DNA from: Phaeosaccion multiseriatum
Lineage: Eukaryota > Protista > Ochrophyta, other classes
Length of the DNA stretch: 64,000 nucleotides
Reading direction: 5' to 3'
Assembly: GCA_965112735.1 (NCBI GenBank)
Contig: OZ218950.1
Span: 744,001 to 808,000, forward strand
Shown here: in pieces, positions 34,252 to 48,900 of the stretch
Layout of the letters: every line of letters starts with the position of its first letter
Numbering within the stretch: the stretch's first letter is position 1
Notes under the pieces: model-generated
What the model was told of the DNA's origin: nothing
The model's database searches: none
What the model saw: only the letters and a program-made list of their open reading frames with translations
Translations under genes and position numbers: made by a program

Positions 34252-34971
34252 CTACTCTTCCGGCTGCCCATCTGCTGCTACTGCCGCTGTATCACCAACT
34301 GCTGTGTCACCACCACTGGCGAGGGCGGCCTTGTGATCATGGAGGTGTATAACGGCCTTCCCGTCGTCCACGTGTCCCTTCATCAGGCAAATTACCTCCC
34401 CATGCGGCCACGTGTTGCTCAGACCGGCCACCAGCTGGGGCAGGATGGGATGGCAGTGGATGGGGATGACGGGACGGGGGGGGGGGGGCAAAGGGGAAAC
34501 AACGGGGGGCGGGGTGAGTGCTTTCACTTCGAGGTGGAAGAGAAGGACATGGAGGGAGAGAGAGAGAGAGTTATCCCTCCATCATACAACTGCCGACGGC
34601 TTAGCGCTAAGCAGGTGGTGATACATAGCATATGCATAGTAGTTGGTGATACATTACATGAGTCTACCCAGGCTTAAAGAAAGACTACATACCTCGCCAA
34701 GGAAGGAGCGCAGCGCGGCCCCGCACGTACTTCCCGCGGGCCATCCACTGCCATCCCCCTCCCCCTTCTCCCCCTCCTCTTCCTCCTCCTGCTCCTCCTC
34801 CTCCTCCTCCTCCTCCTCCTCCTCCTCCTCCTCCTCCTCCTCCTCCTCCTCCCCCGCCCCTGTGTCCACGCTCTCGGTGACCATGGTCTGTCCCCCCGCA
34901 GCAACGCTGTCGGCCACACGCGCGAGGGCTTCCCAGAAGTCGAACAGCGTCAGGACTCCGTTCTGGGGTGG

Positions 34972-35017
<46 letters not shown>

Positions 35018-36657
35018 AGACGACGCATGCCCCATGATTTGCATGACATGCATAGATTCATTTAGGTTAGGGGTACAGCAGCAAGAATACTCATGAGGGG
35101 AGAAGTAAGGTTCCTCCCTCCCTCCCTCCCTCCCTCTCTCCCTCCCTCCCTCCCTCTCTCCCTCTCTCCCTCCCTCCCTCCGTCCCCTCCCTCCCCTCTC
35201 CTCCCCTCCTTTCCCTCCCTCCCTCCCTCCCTCTCCCTCTCTCTCTCTCACCTCGTCTCTATCCCTAAGCTCGTCCACTACATAGAGCCTGCTTGCGAGG
35301 AAGCACTCCTTGGCCACACTCGGGTCCAAGCGGTCGGGGCCGATGCCTGCGTGGGCGAGTAAGCTGTGCAGCAGGTGGTGATACAGCAGTCACAGAACAC
35401 GCACGACACCAACGTTCAGCATTCCATTCGATCCAATCATTTCGAAGCAGGGCGAAGCAAGCAAGTGGGCAGGGCAGAGTAGCGATGAGCGGCAGGGGGG
35501 ATTCAGAGCGGCTCTTTCACAGCTTTCAGAGCACATTCACAGTGTCAGAGCCTCAGACTGCTCGACCGAAATGGTCTTGACACAAGCGGTCGCCTAAGGG
35601 TTTGAGTTTGAGTGTAAAGGAGGGAAGCGAAGCGGACACTGACACTGGCCGCTGGACATGACATGAGCACTGACACTGGCAGGCAACTGCCCCGGCCATT
35701 CCACGTTCCACTGGCACTGGGTCCTGGCACTGGCCAAGGCACTGACACTGGACACTGACCTGCCCCAGTCCGTGAGTGAGAAGCGCTGCAGCACCTTTTT
35801 CACCACGCCGCGCCGCCGCCGGTCCATCTTCAGAGATAAATTGTTGATAGGGTACACCTGTTGGTCATTCGCCATTCGGTTAGTCATTTGTTGGTTGGCT
35901 GGTTGGTCCTTCGGTTGGTGATTCGGGTGGTCGCTTGTTTGTCTTTCGGGGTAAGCAAGTCGGCCTTGTACGGAGGACGCCACAGGATACACACACACAC
36001 CCATTGACTCACTACCCACCCACCTACTGACTTGCTACATACCTTCCAGAGCGCCTCGACGAGTCCTCCGTGCTCTCTCATCACCTTGTCCACCCCCCGT
36101 GTGTATAGCCTCGCCTCTCGGTAGGCGTCATGGTCGGCCTTTGCGCTGACGGGAAGGTGCTCCTCCATGCAACACAGCAGAGCTCGCAGGCCCTGCAGAA
36201 GGCTGCTTTGGCTCTGACTCTGGCTTGAGGGAGGGAGGCTGGGGCTGCTGGAGTTGCTGTTGTTGTTGTTGTTGTTGGAGGTTACGATTCCTCCCTCTCC
36301 TCCTCCTCCTCCTCCCACTGCCTCTTCCCCTCCTTCTACGGCTGCTGCTGCTGCTACTACCCCATTCGCCACCGACGTAGACGTGGATGTCCGGTTGGCT
36401 TTCAAGGCTGCCGCCTTCAAACCCCCTCCTCCTTTCTTGCTGGGCTGTTTCTGACTGCGGTAGATGGCAGCAGATGTGCGCACGAGCACCTCGAGCCATT
36501 GGTGCTCCAAGAGGTGGGCTTCAGAGAACTCCGCGAGGGTCTGAATGTCTTGGGTAGCCTCGCCGTCCTGGAGGGAGGGAGGGATGGAGGGGGGAGGAGG
36601 AGGAGGAGGAGGAGGAGGAGGAGGAATGCGCGTGTAAAAGTGAGAGATTGGCGTTCG

Positions 36658-36689
<32 letters not shown>

Positions 36690-39600
36690 TGGGTGCTGAC
36701 CTTGTTCATGACTGCGATGAAGACTCTCTCGAGCTCATTGGCAAGCTGCTTGGGGGCCTCGGGACACACACACTGCGTGAACAGCAGGAACTGGGGGGGG
36801 TATGGCAGTGGATGGGGAGGAGGAGCAGCAGGAGGAGGAGCAGCAGTTGGTTATAGAGCAGAGTGGAAACATCCCCTTTCCTTCCTTCCTTCCTTCCTTC
36901 CTTCCTTCCTTCCTTCCTTCTGTCACTTGCTCCCGACCATTTGATGTGCTCCCATCCACTGCCATCCCTCCCCCTGTCCACCCCTCTCCCTCCCTCCCTC
37001 CCTCTCTCCCCACCCTTCCTTCTCCCTCACCTGCTCGCGACTCAATTGATATGCCCCGGACACCGGCTCGCCCGTAGTGCCCCCTAAGCTCACAAAGTGA
37101 TCAAAGGTACTTAATATCATCTTGAACGAAGCCCTCAGCACCCCCTCCACCTCCATGGACTCCTCCTCCACGGTTGCCTCTCCACTCGAGACGTGTTTGT
37201 TGCCCGACGCCACGAACCTCCACCACCGATCGTGCATCAACACCCGGGACCAGGTCACTGTGAAACGGTGGGCCATGACCCCGTCGGCTCGGTTATACAC
37301 GTCACCCGCGCCTCTCTTGCACCCTCCTCCTCCTCCTCCTCCTCCTCCTCCTCCTCCTCCTCCTCCTGCTGCTGCTGCTTGTGCTGTTGTATCGCCAACT
37401 GCAGTATCACTAGGTGCCCCTCTGGAGGTGATGCTGTTGCTGGAGGAGTTCTGAGCCGTGGCCTTGCGTTCCAAACCCTTCCCAGGGGGCCCTCTTACGC
37501 CGCCATTTGTGACAATAGGACCACTGCAAGTAGTGGTCATATTGTTGTTCGTGCTCGCGTTGGTGATACTCCCACGCCGCAGCAGACCCCCTGTGCCATC
37601 ACTACCCGCCCCTGCTCGTCCGTACATGAGGCCATCCAAGGCCAGTTCCCATGGTCTGTTTGGGTCTCCTCCTCCTGCGATACCCAAGCCTCCCCCCCCC
37701 ACTGCTTCGAGACCGCTCCTGGGAGGGGGGTGAACTTCAATCGGCCGTCTCTCTTCCCAGGGGGGCACGACAAAGCCGACGAAGGGGCAGGGAGGGGGGC
37801 GTGGCGCTCCCTCCCCACTCTCTCTACTGTCTCTCTTGTTGTGATGAGAGGAAGTCAGAGCGATGGAGGTGGAGGAGGCGCCCATAGCGACTGGGCAGGG
37901 AAGTCTGAGGGATGTATGGATTGATGCAGAGCATTGATTGGAGCATTGGTTGAGACGCACGAAGGGGGAGGGGGAGGGGGAGAGCAAGGGGGAGGGGGTT
38001 GAATGGTGCGCACTCACTCATACACTCAACTCAGTTCACTCTCTCACCCACTTACTCAGTCAGTCAGTCAGTCACTCACTCACTCAGTCACTCACTCACT
38101 CACTCACTCACTCACTCACTCACTCACTCACGTACTCACTCACTCACCCACACTCACCCACTCACCTACTCACCCACTCATTCACTCATTCACTCACTCA
38201 CCCACTCACCCACTCACCCACTCACCCACCCACGCACCCACCCAGCCACACACCCAACCCCACCCACTCACTCACCCCACCCATACGCTCCTTTCCACCC
38301 ACCCACACCCACTCACCCACCCATCCACCCAGCCACGCCCCCCACTCCATCCATCCACCCACCCATCCACGCACCAACTCCACCCACCCACTCACCCGTC
38401 TTGTTCTTCCTCCTTCCTCCTCCTCTCCTCGGCCTCGTCCTCATCCTCCACCTCACTCGCGTAGCTGAACGTTCTGCTACTACCCGTATACCCACTATCA
38501 ACACTCCTGTGATCCTCCGAATCACCAACCGTCCCCCCTCTCTCTCCTCGCCTCCCCCCCTCCGAGTCCCCCAGATGGTCGTCGTACTCTCCCTCCTCGT
38601 GTTGGTGATACACATCTCCATAGTCGTCGCCATAGTACCCGTCCAGGTCGCTTCCTCTCCTTCGCATGTGGTGCCGTCTTAGTCTAAGGGATGGCACCTT
38701 GCGCGCCTCAGGGCGATGGCACATGTTGCACACATGTCGAGCGCAGGCCATGAGGTGCCTTCCCCCGTCCGAGAGGGACTCGAAGGGGGGACAGATGGGG
38801 TGGAACGACTCAAGGGCAAGAAGGGCGCTACTTCTGCTACTACTACTACTACTACTACTTCTGCTACTGCTACTACTACTACTACTACTACTACTACTGC
38901 TACGGATGCTGCTGCTGCCCCCATCGCCATACCCGCCGCCGGCAACCCCTCCTCCTCCCGCTCCTCCTCCTCCTGCCCCCCCTGCTCCTCCAGCGAGCAG
39001 CACGTCGTCGGCGGTGGGAAGATCGTATATTCCATCGGCGAAGTAATCGTGGGCAAACACGGAGGGCAGCCCCGCTGGGGGACTTGCCCTAATGTCACAA
39101 AGCCTGGTGGGAGGCTTGGGTATCGGGTAGGGGCTTATTAGCCCCGGGGTGTACAGCATGGCGTCTTGTCTGAGAGGGGAGAGAGGGGAGAGGGGAGAGA
39201 GGGGAGAGGGGAGAGAAGGGAGAGCGGAGAGAAGGGAGAGGGGAGAGGAGAGAGGGGAGAAAGGAGAGGGGAGGGGAGGGAGGAGAGGGGAGAGAGGAGG
39301 AGTTAATGTTGGCGGACACACAGCACTTGAGAAACAGAGGGAGGGAGGGAGGTAGGTAGGGGGAGAGACAGAGAGAGGGGGAGGGGGAAGGAGAAGAGAG
39401 ACCACAGTGAGAGAGAGAGAGGGAGAGAGGCAGGGAGAAGAGAGGGAGAGAGAGAGAGCATGTGACGGTCTTGCCTTAGATGCATATGATAGTGCCGCCC
39501 GTCCAGGCCCTGCACATGATCGAAGAGGGAAGAGCACACCTGTTGGGTGTTGGGGGTGAGGTTGGCGTGTTGGTTGTCCCGTACGATAGAAGGTTAGGGT

Positions 39601-42600
39601 TAGCCACTTGTGAGTATGTGTATTCTGGCCCGACTTGCTCGGGAGGTAGGTCGGTTGCTCATGACCTATCAACTGACTCCTCTTAGTGCTATAGTGCACA
39701 CCACGATAATGTTGAGCTTAGGACTCGGTGCGTGTGTGAGTCGGTTTGTGAGTGAGTGCGTGAGTGCGTGCGTCAGTGCGTGCGTGAGTGAGTGCGTGAG
39801 TGAGTGAGTGAGTGAGTGAGTGAGTGAGTGAGTGAGTGAGTGAGTGAGTGAGTGAGTGAGTGAGTGAGTGAGTGAGTGAGTGAGTGAGTGAGTGAGTGAG
39901 TGAGTGAGTGAGTGAGTGAGTGAGTGAGTGAGTGAGTGAGTGAGTGAGTGAGTGAGTGAGTGAGTGAGTGAGTGAGTGAGTGAGTGAGTGAGTGAGTGAG
40001 TGAGTGAGTGAGTGAGTGAGTGAGTGAGTGAGTGAGTGAGTGAGTGAGTGAGTGAGTGAGTGAGTGAGTGAGTGAGTGAGTGAGTGAGTGAGTGAGTGAG
40101 TGAGTGAGTGAGTGAGTGAGTGAGTGAGTGAGTGAGTGAGTGAGTGAGTGAGTGAGTGAGTGAGTGAGTGAGTGAGTGAGTGAGTGAGTGAGTGAGTGAG
40201 TGAGTGAGTGAGTGAGTGAGTGAGTGAGTGAGTGAGTGAGTGAGTGAGTGAGTGAGTGAGTGAGTGAGTGAGTGAGTGAGTGAGTGAGTGAGTGAGTGAG
40301 TGAGTGAGTGAGTGAGTGAGTGAGTGAGTGAGTGAGTGAGTGAATGAGTGAGTGAGTGAGTGAGTGAGTGGGTGGGTGGGTGAAAAAGTGAATGAGGGAG
40401 GGATATGAGCCTGGTACCACCACTTCTTGGCGTGTTGGACATACGGTACGAGAGCCCTCACAGAACTGACCCCTTACCTTGCTGCCTTCGGTGTGTGGGA
40501 AGCGAGAGAGCCCGAGGGGGGGCTGTTTGGGCATCCGACCGCTGAGGCCCCTCAACTGCTTGCTCCCTCCCCCTCCCCCCTCCTCTCCTCCCCCCCCTCC
40601 GAGAGGGAAGGAAAAGGAAAATTCTCTACAAGTGGGGACAAGCAACAGGGACTCTCTCGCTCTCTGACCACAAGCTGTAGGCGTTGGTGCTTCACCGGCT
40701 TGGTCGCGTTGAGCGACGTCGCCATCTGGGTGCAGCGTGCTGTCGACTGCCGGAGCACCAACTCGAGAACAAGTGGCCACATGAAAGAGGAGGGGTGGGT
40801 CCCAGGGCGAGTCACGAGCAGGCTGTTGTTGCCTTACTAGGAGCCCTCCTCCTTCTCCCTCTCCCCCCCCCTCCTTATCCTGCTGCTTGTGCTGGACAAT
40901 GCTGGTCTTGTCGGTGGGGGCCGTGGCAGATAAAGGTGCAGCAGCAACTAGCCTCCCCGCCTCCCTCTCTCTCTCTCCCTGTGTATGCAGGTCACTTGCC
41001 GTCTCCCCCGGTGTGTGCTGAGCACTCGAGGGGAAGGTGACCCTCAGCAGATGGTCGTCTATGGCTCTCTTGGTGAGAAGCTGCTGTAGACACCGCTTCT
41101 TTTTGCCCCTTTCGCCCTTGTCTGGAGCCAGGCTGCGCAGGATGTAGTCATTCGCATCATCGCCACCATCTGTGAATCTGATGCTGTTTCCACCCCTCAT
41201 ATCGGCTGTATCACCAACTGGCCCTGTACGGACACCACCTGTTGCTCCTGATGCTACTGGAGCCCTGTAGCCTGCCGTCGGCGCCGTAGAAGGTCTGTTC
41301 CTACTGCCGCCATTTGTGAGCTCTTGTGTCACCTCCCCAGCGGTTGACAAAGAAGCACTTGTCGTGGCTGTTGTTGTTACCCGAATGGCACTGGCCCCCG
41401 GGGGGAACCACGGAGAGAGAGGCCTCGCCTGCCCCTCCTGCAGGCGGGGGTCGGAAGCCTTGCTAAACAGGCCCTCCTGGAAAAAGGCTGGCGCTGGTGA
41501 TACGGCAGTCCTGACCCTGGTTCTCTGCTGCTCCTGCTTTGTCGCCACCTGCTGCTGCTGCTGCTGCTGTTGTATCACCAACTGTTGCGCTTGGTGGCGG
41601 GCTTTACTCTCTGCAGAAAGCTCTGCGTACTCTCTCAAGCAGGTGCGGGCGGTCTTGTTGACCCAGTGAAGGGGGATGGCACTAGACGGGCCCAGCATCC
41701 CCGAGGGGGTCACGATGGACGCCCCCAGGGTCGACGACATACAAGACGCACTTCGCTTCCTGACCCTGTTGGGCCTTTGCTCCTCTCCGCCATCTGTTGC
41801 ACTACCCTGACCCTGACCCTGACCCTGACCCTGACCCTGACCCTCCCCCTCCCCTTTGCCCTTTCCCCTCCCCCCCCCTCCTCCTCCCTGTTGGTCGAGC
41901 AAGGTCCTTCGCTGCTGTATCCCCAACTTGTGCTGCGGCTGCTGCTGTTGCCCGCCCCCTTTGCCCCCCCACAGGCTGCTCGGTGTCGACCCGAGCTTGA
42001 GTTTAAGGGCAGCGCGATCTTTAGCGCTGAGCTTGGCGTAGCTACCGAACGGCGAAATCATCTCTTGGGCCCTTCTCAGCCCCTTGCCTCTTCCTCCGCC
42101 TCGTTCTCCCCTCCCCCCCCTCCTCCTCCTCCTCCTCCTCCTCCTCCTCCTCCTCCTCCTCCTCCTCCTCCTCCTCCTCCTCCTCCTCCTCCTCCTCCGC
42201 CGCCGCCGCCGCCGCCGCCGCCACCGCCCACTCCTGCCTTACCCCCATCACGTGCTACCCCTGCTGTCACTCCTCTCATTGCCACCAACCCTTCCCCTCC
42301 CACCATATCGACACCCTCCCCCCCACCTTCCTCCTCCTCCTCCTCCCCCAGGGAAACGCTTCGCGAGAAGAGATCGTTGGGTCGAGACGACGAAAAACTG
42401 CGTACGCGCGCCCTCTTCTCCTCCATCACTGCCCTTAGATCCTCCTCCTCCCCTCCTCCTCCTCTTCCCCCTCCTCCTCCTGCTGCTGCTGCTGCCGCCG
42501 CCGCTGCTCCAAGGAAGGCCTCTCTTGCTGCCGCCCTCCTCCCCGCCATTTGTGACTGGTGCGCCAAATGCACCTTCCAAACCGTGTTGCGCACCCCGCC

Positions 42601-43543
42601 TACGGAGCTTCGACCGAGGTTCACGAGCACCTCCGCACCCGCCTTGGCCGCCGCTGATAGGCAACTGGAGGAGGAGGAGCTTCTCTTCTCTACAGATTGG
42701 TGCTCGTTTGTGCTGGTGTTCAAGTTGAAGTTGAGGTTTTCTTCTCCGCCGCCGTCGGATTCGTCGTAGACCACTTGAGCGATGGAGTGTAACGCCAATG
42801 CGCACAGCTCCTGAGAGAGAGCGGGGGGGGGGGGAGTAGGAGAGAGATATAAGCCAGCAACTAAGCACTCAAGCAAGCAAGAGGCAAGGCAGCATGCAAA
42901 AAAGCAAAGTATGTAGGCAAGCACGCAAACAAGCATATAGGCAAGCAAGCAAGCAAGCAAGCAACAAAAGTGAGCGACCAAAAGCACTCAACCACGTCTG
43001 GGACCATACACGGCTCCTACGCATCAAGTCCAAACTTTGCAAATGAGCAAAACCTGGTGTCTCTCTGCCCCGTCATTCCTTGACTTAATCAAGGCCCGCC
43101 TCCTTCATTGACATACCTTGTGGCACGAAGACTCCGCACTCATGTTGCGTAGACACAGACACAAATTCAGAATACGTCTAGAAGGGGCCGAGGGGGAGGA
43201 GGAGGAGGAGGAGGAGGAGGAGGCAGAGGGGGGGGGGCGGGGAGGCGAGGATGCCGATGCCGTCTTGCTACTATCGCCCGCTTCCCCTTGCTGTATCACC
43301 AACTGCAGCTGCTGCTTGCGGGCTTTGTCAAGCTTGTGTCGGCGCCTCCGAAGGGCGTCTTTTAGCAACCTCCCGAGCTCTCCGACGGCGCCGTTGGAGG
43401 CGAGACGCAGCCTTCCTCTAAGCGTGAGAGAGAGAGCCGTCAGAGCCACCACGGAGTCGTTGCGGAGGGCAGAGTACCTGAGGGGAGGGGGGGAGGGAGG
43501 GAGGGAGGTAAACGCGTGTGTGCGTGTGCGTGTGTGTACGTGC

Positions 43544-43575
<32 letters not shown>

Positions 43576-43619
43576 GTGTGTGTGTGTGCGTGTGCGTGTG
43601 CGTACGTGTGCATGTGCGT

Positions 43620-43651
<32 letters not shown>

Positions 43652-43652
43652 T

Positions 43653-43722
<70 letters not shown>

Positions 43723-45886
43723 TGTGTGTGTGTGTGTGCACGTGCAAGAGACGGACCTGCTCTCTCTGCGCCTGAGCTGTGCCGTGAAGGTGTCCTCGAT
43801 GACCTGCAAGTTTGAGTTTCAGCTTCAGTGTCAGGTCGGTTGACGGACCTCGATCATATCGACCGACCCACTCCAACCCACCCATCTCATCCACTGCCAT
43901 CCACCCACCCACCCCACCCCACCCACCCCACCCCCCTCCCACTCCCACTCACATGTCTGTTGAGGCTAATGGTCTCAGCGTACTTTCTATACTCGGCCCT
44001 CGCCTGACACAAGAACAGTACCGCGGCTGCCTCTCGAAGGCCGTCGCCAAGCACCGCGGCGGTGGAGTGGTTGTGCAACAGGCGTAGGACCGCAGCAAGG
44101 ATACCGTAGGCCGTCCTCGATCGACTGAGCTCTTCCATACCCTCGGGCAGCAGCAGGCACAGCCGCAGGGCACCCAACGCACTCAGCACCACACAGTTAT
44201 CTAACTGTCCCACCCCTCCTCCGCTGCTTGCCAGGCTCTCCCCACCACTCGGTACATTGTTGCTGCTACTGCCGCTGCTGCTGCTACTGCCGCTGCTGCT
44301 TCTCTCCTCGTCCCTCCGTGGCGCACGCGCCCACCTCGCCAGCTTAGCCAGGGCCCCCGGGGTACCGATGAGCCTCCTCGCATGCGTGGTATCGAAGCAC
44401 AACAGCCACAGCGTCGCCAGCGCGAGTCTCTTGAGGGCGGCTGCGTGGCGGAGGTTGTGTAGGCGGGTGTTCCGCTCGTCCTGCGTCTCCTTCTTGTTCT
44501 GATTCTGATTCTTGTTCCTCCTCGCGTGCTCTTCTTCGTGTTTGTCTCCTTCTCGCCCTTGTCGTCCTGCTGCTGCTGCCTCTGCTATACGATCCTCGCC
44601 AGCCGTTGTATCACCAACTGCTCTCCCTCCCTCCTCCGCGTCCTCCACGAGGCGCCCTGCCCACAGGGCAATGTGCACGAGATCGCCCATCAGCTCTGAG
44701 GAGGGAGGAGGATGGCAGTGGACGGACGGGGAGAAGGATGGCAGTAGATGGAGGAGGGGGGACACCGCGTTCCCCGAGTGAGGAGGGGTGCGTTCACGAG
44801 TGGCAAGGGAGGCATTCAGTCATATGCCGAGGAGGTGGGTAGTGGGTAGTGGGTACCCAACCGCCCTCCCCCCCGCTCCCCAACACACACCAGTATCTCT
44901 CTCTACTCTGCAGCTGTCAGTCATTAAAGATCACTCACGATTGACGAGTCTGCACTCCCTGAGCCTGACGCGGTTCTCCGGCACTCTCGCCATGGCCCAC
45001 AGACACACCACACCGCCCCACACGATGGCAGTGGATGGTGAGGAACGTCCTTCCCCTCCTCCTCCTCCTCCCGCTGCTGCTGCTGCTGCTCCTTCTCGGT
45101 GGGTACTGCTTGGGCCTCTGCTCTGCAGGAAGCGGCAGAAGAGGTCGAGAGGGCGGACTTCCACGGGGGGAGAGGCCACCAGAGCGAAGAAGCTGAGGGC
45201 GGTAGCCGCTAGCTCGCGTAGTCTGAGGGGAGGGAGGGAGGGAGGGAGGGAGGGAGGGAGGGAGGGAGGGAGGGAGGGAGGGAGGAAGGCGTAAGACAGA
45301 TATGGGCAGGCACACCCTCGGCATTTGTGATTAAAGTATTGACGGATTATGGAATGAGTACCTGTGTGAGTTGATGGTTTCTGTGCAGCAGTCCAGCACG
45401 ACTCCCATGCCGCCACCCGTCCACATGGACACGCAGAAGTCATACCAAGCCGGCCTGGAGGGCAGGGTGGATGGATGGCAGTCAATGGATGGCAGTCAAT
45501 GAATTGCAGTTCAGTGGATGGCAGCGTATAGATGGCACTGGATGGATAGTAGGGAATAGTGTGGTGGATGGTAGCGGATGGTAGTGGTGGATGGCAGGAG
45601 ATCAAATACAGGGGATGAAGTACAAATAAGAGAGAACAAATTAGGTGACACACACGCACCCACAAGCACACCCACACCCACGCACACCCACACACACGTA
45701 CACACGCACGCACACACGCGCACACACACGCACACACACACGCACACACGCACACACACACGCACACACGCACACACACACGCACACACGTACACACACG
45801 TACACACACGCACACGCACACACGCACACACACACACGCACACACGCACACACACGCACACACACACGCACACACACACGCACACA

Positions 45887-45926
<40 letters not shown>

Positions 45927-48900
45927 AACACACACACACACACACACACACAACACACTCACGTGAGGTTCTCATACTGCCTTTTGGCCATACAAACTAA
46001 GGCTTGCATGCCCTGCTGCCGACTCAGCTGCGAGTGAGTGGGGTTGAGCAGCTCCAGCAGCCTCTCCAGCAACTGCGGGGAGGACTTCATCTCCACAAGC
46101 TGCGTCGCCAGTTGCAGAGCATTGCCGCCTGCCTCCACCACTCGCTCGGGGAGCAGAAGTTGGTGGTACGGCTGCTTGACGAGCGTCAACAGGCTGTCGA
46201 TGGCGTCCTTGATGACTTCCTCGCCTGCGTGTACTTTCAGCCGGCCATTTTCTCCTCCTCCTCCTCCTCCCCCTCCTCCTGCTGCTGCTGCTGCTCCTCC
46301 TCCTATTTCTCCTCCTCCTCCTCCTTCTCCTCCTCGTGCCCCTTCTTGTCCTTCCGCTTCTCCTCCTGACGACACAATCTCCAGTCCGAGGCTGTCGCCG
46401 TCTTCTGCCGATGTGGCTCCCGCTGCTCGCTCAGCCCTCACTGCGGCTGCTGCCCTAGCCTGCGCTTCCTCTTCCAAGGCCGTGCTGCTGATGGCCCCGA
46501 TACAGCCCCACAGGGCAACCGTGGCAACTCGGAGGAGAAAGGGAACATACGTGAGATAGCTAGGTAGTCTCGCCACCGTCGCTACTCCTCTATCCACCCC
46601 CTCCTCCTCATCATCATCATCATCCTCTCGTGAGGAGGATGAAGAAAACGCGTCACCCCGTCCCATGCGTTCAAAGCAGCGGTTGAGGAGATCAGTGAGA
46701 GCGGCGACGGCAGAGAGGAGTCCGTGGTGAGGCACCAGACGGACGGTACCGGAGCAGGCGATGTGTGCAAGGCACAGACACGCCACTCCGGTCTTTTGCT
46801 GATGCTGCTCGGGAGGGGGGGAGGGAGTGAGTGAGGGAGGGAGGGAGGGAGGGAGGGAGGGAGGGAGGGAGGGAGGGAGGGAGGGAGGGAGGGAGGGAGG
46901 GAGGGAGGGAGGGAGGGAGGGAGGGAGGGAGGGAGGGAGGGAGGGAGGGAGGGAGGGAGGGAGGGAGGGAGGGAGGGAGGGAGGGAGGGAGGGAGGGAGG
47001 GAGGGAGGGAGGGAGGGAGGGAGGGAGGGAGGGAGGGAGGGAGGGAGGGGCGGAGCCTTAGGGACGATAAGCAACTTCCACAAGCCAGAGACTACACCAG
47101 AGTTAATCACTCACTCACTCACTCACTCACTCACTCACTCACTCACTCACTCACTCACTCACTCACTTACTCACTCACCCCACCACGCTCACGCACTCCC
47201 TCCCTCCCTCCCTCCCTCCTTCCCTCCCTCCCTCCCTCCCTACGTCCCTCCCTCCCTCCCTCCCTCCCTCCCTCACCTCGCGATCTTGCTGCTGAGCAGG
47301 TCGACTCCGCTGCTTCGAATGGGCGGAAGTGTGATGATGATGATGGCCGTAAGAATGGGCTGTTGAATGACGAGGCATATGGGCAGTGCGAGTGATGATG
47401 TCTACAAGCATTCCCCACTCAGGCCGACTGGCGACGGCGATGCGACTGCGCTCACTGTAACGGAGACAGTGCTCCAGACAACGGCCGAGGAAGGGGGGCG
47501 TTGGCACCTGATGGGATTGAGGGAGGGGTGGGGAGGGGAGGGGTGGGGAGGGGAGGGGTGGAGTGGGGTGGAGTAGTGAGGTGAGGGAGAGCCGGGTGGG
47601 GGGAGGGGGGGAGGGGGGGAGGGGAGAGGGATGGGCGTTTATAGGAGAACAAGGAGGAGGGAAGGGGGGAGAGGGGGGAGGGGAGAGGGGAGAGGGGAGA
47701 GGGGAGAGGGGAGAGGGGAGAGGGGAGAGGGGAGAGGGGAGAGGGGAGAGGGGAGAGGGGAGAGAGGAGAGAGGAGAGGGGAGAGAGGAGAGGGGAGAGA
47801 GGAGAGGGGAGAGAGGAGAGGGGAGAGAGGAGAGGGGAGAGAGGAGAGAGGAGAGGGGTGCAGAGGCATATGTGCTGTGATGTGCTGCAGTGACCACCCA
47901 CACAAAGAGGCAAAGGGAGGCGTTGGGCGGAGGGGAGGGAGAGGGAGAGGCGGCTCGGCTCTTCGCGTAAAGGGGTGTGCAAAACGATCATCCTGCGTCC
48001 CTATTTTTTCTTCCTTCCTCTCCTTCTTCTTCTTCTTCTTCTCCTCCTCCTCTTCCTCCTCCTCTTCCTTCTCCTCCTTCTCCTTCTTCTTCTCCTCCTT
48101 CTCCTCCTCCTCCTCCTCCTCCGCATTTCCACGTCCAATCCCCCACGCACACGTACACGCACCCACCACGCACCCACTCCAAACCCAGTCACCTCACCCA
48201 CACTTACGTGATGCAGTTGGTTCAATCCCAAGCTCAACCCGCCGCCGTCGCCAGCCACTCCTCCCCCCTCCTCGGGCCGGCACAGCAGCCATACAAGCGT
48301 CTTGGTCACCAACATGGTGTCAGGACCTGCCATTTGTGTGAGTCCCGCCCCCATGGATCTGGATTGGGAGGCCATGGTATACCCAAGTCTACTCACCAGA
48401 CCGCCCAAGTTGAAGGCCAGGTCGGCGTGGGACTGGACTTTCAGCGAGCCCTCGTGCGGTAGACCCAATGCCCTCGCCAGGGCAGAGGCAGCAGCCACTA
48501 CACTGCCCCCACCGCCACTACCACCATCGTCACCACCATTAGTACTGGAGCCGATGTTTCCTTGACATAGGAGGGTGTGGTGTAAGTCACTGAACTCGCT
48601 GAGGCACCAGAGAGCGTGTGAGGCCCACACGGCGGCCTCGATGCTCACTCTCGCTTGAATGAGGGCCTCCTCCGCCTCTTGGTGGTTGATCTGATCCACA
48701 AGCTTCTTGGATGGTGCCCCTCCTCCGGCAGCTGTACCACCAACTGCTGCTCCTGCCCCTCCCCCTGTTGTTGTTGCTGCTGCTGCTGCTGCTGCGGGGG
48801 TTGTTGCTGCCGTAGCTGTTGCTCCAGGCGTGGAAGCCGTAGCAGAAGCAGTAGCAGTTGGTGATACAGCAGCAGCTGTAGCCGTTGGTGCTACAGCAGC

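Larger units (their letters stand above)
1..37862. repeat. Head-to-tail tandem array of ~6 kb units: U1 1-~6020 (rearranged), U2 ~7075-12949, U3 ~12950-18880, U4 ~18881-25076, U5 ~25077-37862 (includes a 6.7 kb retroelement)
   Basis: The landmark G(C/T)G(T/G)GTCTATGGATG recurs at 7081, 12953, 18884 and 25080 (periods 5872, 5931, 6196 bp). The same ORF set recurs in each unit. Homology ends after GAAGTCAGAG at ~37860, where unique sequence begins. Confidence 0.95.

Noticed and set aside
39669-40461. ORFs of HSLT, EGGR, PPSL, poly-E/P/L/S or CV repeats (also 46827-47366, 51009-51981, 45511-46037)
   Set aside because: These are translations of intronic microsatellites.
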